Positions 62,439 through 64,000 of a stretch of DNA of 64,000 nt are shown here, in pieces; position 1 is the first letter of the stretch, and the number at the start of each line of letters is the position of its first letter. Source of the DNA: an uncultured Phycisphaerales bacterium. GTDB taxonomy: Bacteria; Planctomycetota; Phycisphaerae; Tepidisphaerales; Tepidisphaeraceae. The stretch spans positions 32,001-96,000 of the forward strand of contig CAWJPJ010000005.1 of assembly GCA_963844715.1 (NCBI GenBank), read 5' to 3'. Below the pieces are notes generated by a model. The model was not told the origin of the DNA, did not search any database, and saw nothing but the letters and a program-made list of their open reading frames with translations. A program made the position numbers and the translations under genes.

Positions 62439-62511
62439 ACGAAAAGGCATTTCGGTCATTCAGTCATTCGGGCTTGATTCGTCATTCTGGTTTCGGGTTT
62501 CGGGTTTCGGC
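62375..62511. repeat. Palindromic element, family F
   Basis: Arms near-identical to 1813-1941. Confidence 0.9.
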
Positions 62512-62967
62512 GTGCTCTCCAACCCGATAACTTCCGGCCGGTGCTCGCATCGAAATCGCGACTCGATTCCAAGCGTTAATCGCCGCCAGGAGCCAGGTCA
62601 GATCGACAATTTCCTTTTCAGAAAAGTGCGACCGCGCCAGATCGTAAATCGCATCGGGAACATGACGATTGGTGATTTCCGTCAAGGCTTCCGTCCATTC
62701 AAACGCCGCCCGTTCCCGCTCGCTGTAGTAGGGTGATTCGCGCCACGCATCCAATCCATACAACCGCTGCTCGCTCTCTCCCGCCGCCCTGGCGTCTTTC
62801 CAGTGCATGTCGATGCAATAGGCGCATCCATTCATCTGCGAGGCCCGCAGCTTCACCATATGCATCAATCCCTTTTCGAGCCCGCACCCGGCCAGATATT
62901 GCTCCAAACTCGCCATCGCTCGATACGCATCAGGCGCGATTTTGACAAAATTCAATCGAGGATTCAT
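62482..62967 (-). CDS. Carboxymuconolactone decarboxylase / AhpD-like protein
   Basis: LRASQMNGCAYCIDMH, WRES..YSERERAA, INAWNR; GGAGG RBS. Confidence 0.93.
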   Translation of the reverse strand: MNPRLNFVKIAPDAYRAMASLEQYLAGCGLEKGLMHMVKLRASQMNGCAYCIDMHWKDARAAGESEQRLYGLDAWRESPYYSERERAAFEWTEALTEITNRHVPDAIYDLARSHFSEKEIVDLTWLLAAINAWNRVAISMRAPAGSYRVGEHAETRNPKPE

Positions 62968-63030
62968 AGCAGGACCTCCAATCTGATAAACCTGCAAAGA
63001 TGGTAGGCGAATCCCGCCGCCCGCCCGGAC

Positions 63031-63917
63031 TCAATACGCAATCGAAGGCGTCCACGCCGCCCCCGACTCCGCTCCCAGCGGTTCCTCATATGTCCCATAC
63101 GCCATCAGCGACATTGGCTTCAGACACCGCATCTTCCGTTTCAAAGCTTCCCGAAAAAGTTCCCCATTGCGAATCGGCACGAACAGCCAATGCGCCGGCG
63201 GGGGAGTAGTCCTCGCGGCTTGCGTCGCGGTCGTCAGAAGATCGTCGCTCGATTCTCCCACGGAATGGCCCAAAAACCCCGGGATCACATAGCGCACAAC
63301 CTCCCCGATTTGAATCGCCCGTGCGGAACAAACCCGCTCTGATCTCCGTGTTCGATCATGAATGCCAATTCATTTTTCCGCGACACTTTCGTCACCCGAA
63401 TGCACAACTCCTCGCACGCCGGCAAATCCCCGGCGTTCAGCCGCCGCACGGTCGCATCCGATTTCTCCGCCGGGAAAATCTCCATCAAGGCCAGCGGCTC
63501 CTTTACGGTGAAACCCAAAGACGTGTACAGCGAGAGCGAAGTGAGGTTGAAACCCTCCTGGATCAGCCGGACCATCGGCCCGTGATTGGCGAGCGACCAA
63601 TCCATGATGTGCCTCATCAGTTCCCGCCCCAACCCTCGCCCCTGGTAGTTTTCATCCACCGTGATCGGCCCAACGCCCGACACCGCGTCGCTCACCAGCG
63701 TGAAATTGGACCCGACAATTTTCCCATCCATCATCGCCACCACCCCGTAACAATCCGGGCGATGGGTGAACATGCCCATAATGAGGCCGGCAATTTCAAG
63801 GTTCGGAATGTCCAGCGGAAACCGATGCCGCTCTTGAACCCCCTTGAACGCCTCAAAGACAATTCGGCTCACTTCGGGAATGTGCTCCGGCCTGGCCCGG
63901 ACGATTTGCACTGGCAT
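63031..63917 (-). CDS. GNAT family N-acetyltransferase (frameshift ~63295)
   Basis: GPITVD..YQGRGLGR, SLSLYTSLGF. Confidence 0.88.
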
Positions 63918-64000
63918 GAGCTTCTTTATGGCAAACGCCGGCGGATTTTTCAATTAAAAATATCAGACTTGCGCGAAATGCTCACGTCGTAAATCCCCCA

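Overview
GC-rich bacterial chromosomal segment, most likely a Planctomycetota (Phycisphaerae/Tepidisphaerales-like) genome. That placement is inferred from the DUF1559/H-X9-DG protein, the CxxCGYxL zinc-ribbon membrane proteins and the ATQP-tailed secreted proteins. It carries housekeeping genes (hisH, aroK, pyrH, frr, rnd, udg, dnaA, moeB, dnaG-rpoD, ileS, purN, truB), a hexuronate cluster (uxaE, kdgK, three dehydrogenases), TPR-glycosyltransferase and HldE/Maf-like glycosylation genes, two toxin-antitoxin-like pairs and one complete IS5-family element. Roughly 30 frameshifts, many in essential genes, point to uncorrected long-read indels rather than pseudogenes. The most striking unexplained structure is a set of at least eight families of intergenic elements built from tandem 6-10 nt units, mostly arranged as inverted arms. 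One family (GATTAA/GAGTAA hexamer arrays) occurs both empty and loaded with a four-helix-bundle (23S-IVP/Avd-like) gene that splits a BNR-MoaD gene pair, and it also bounds a tandem gene duplication. Other candidates are a CsrA/Rsm-type sRNA after frr, a structured leader before the deoxyhypusine-synthase-like gene, sigma28-type promoters and a PadR-controlled pseudo-signal-peptidase. No tRNA, rRNA or CRISPR array was seen. All family assignments are from motif recognition by eye, not database searches.
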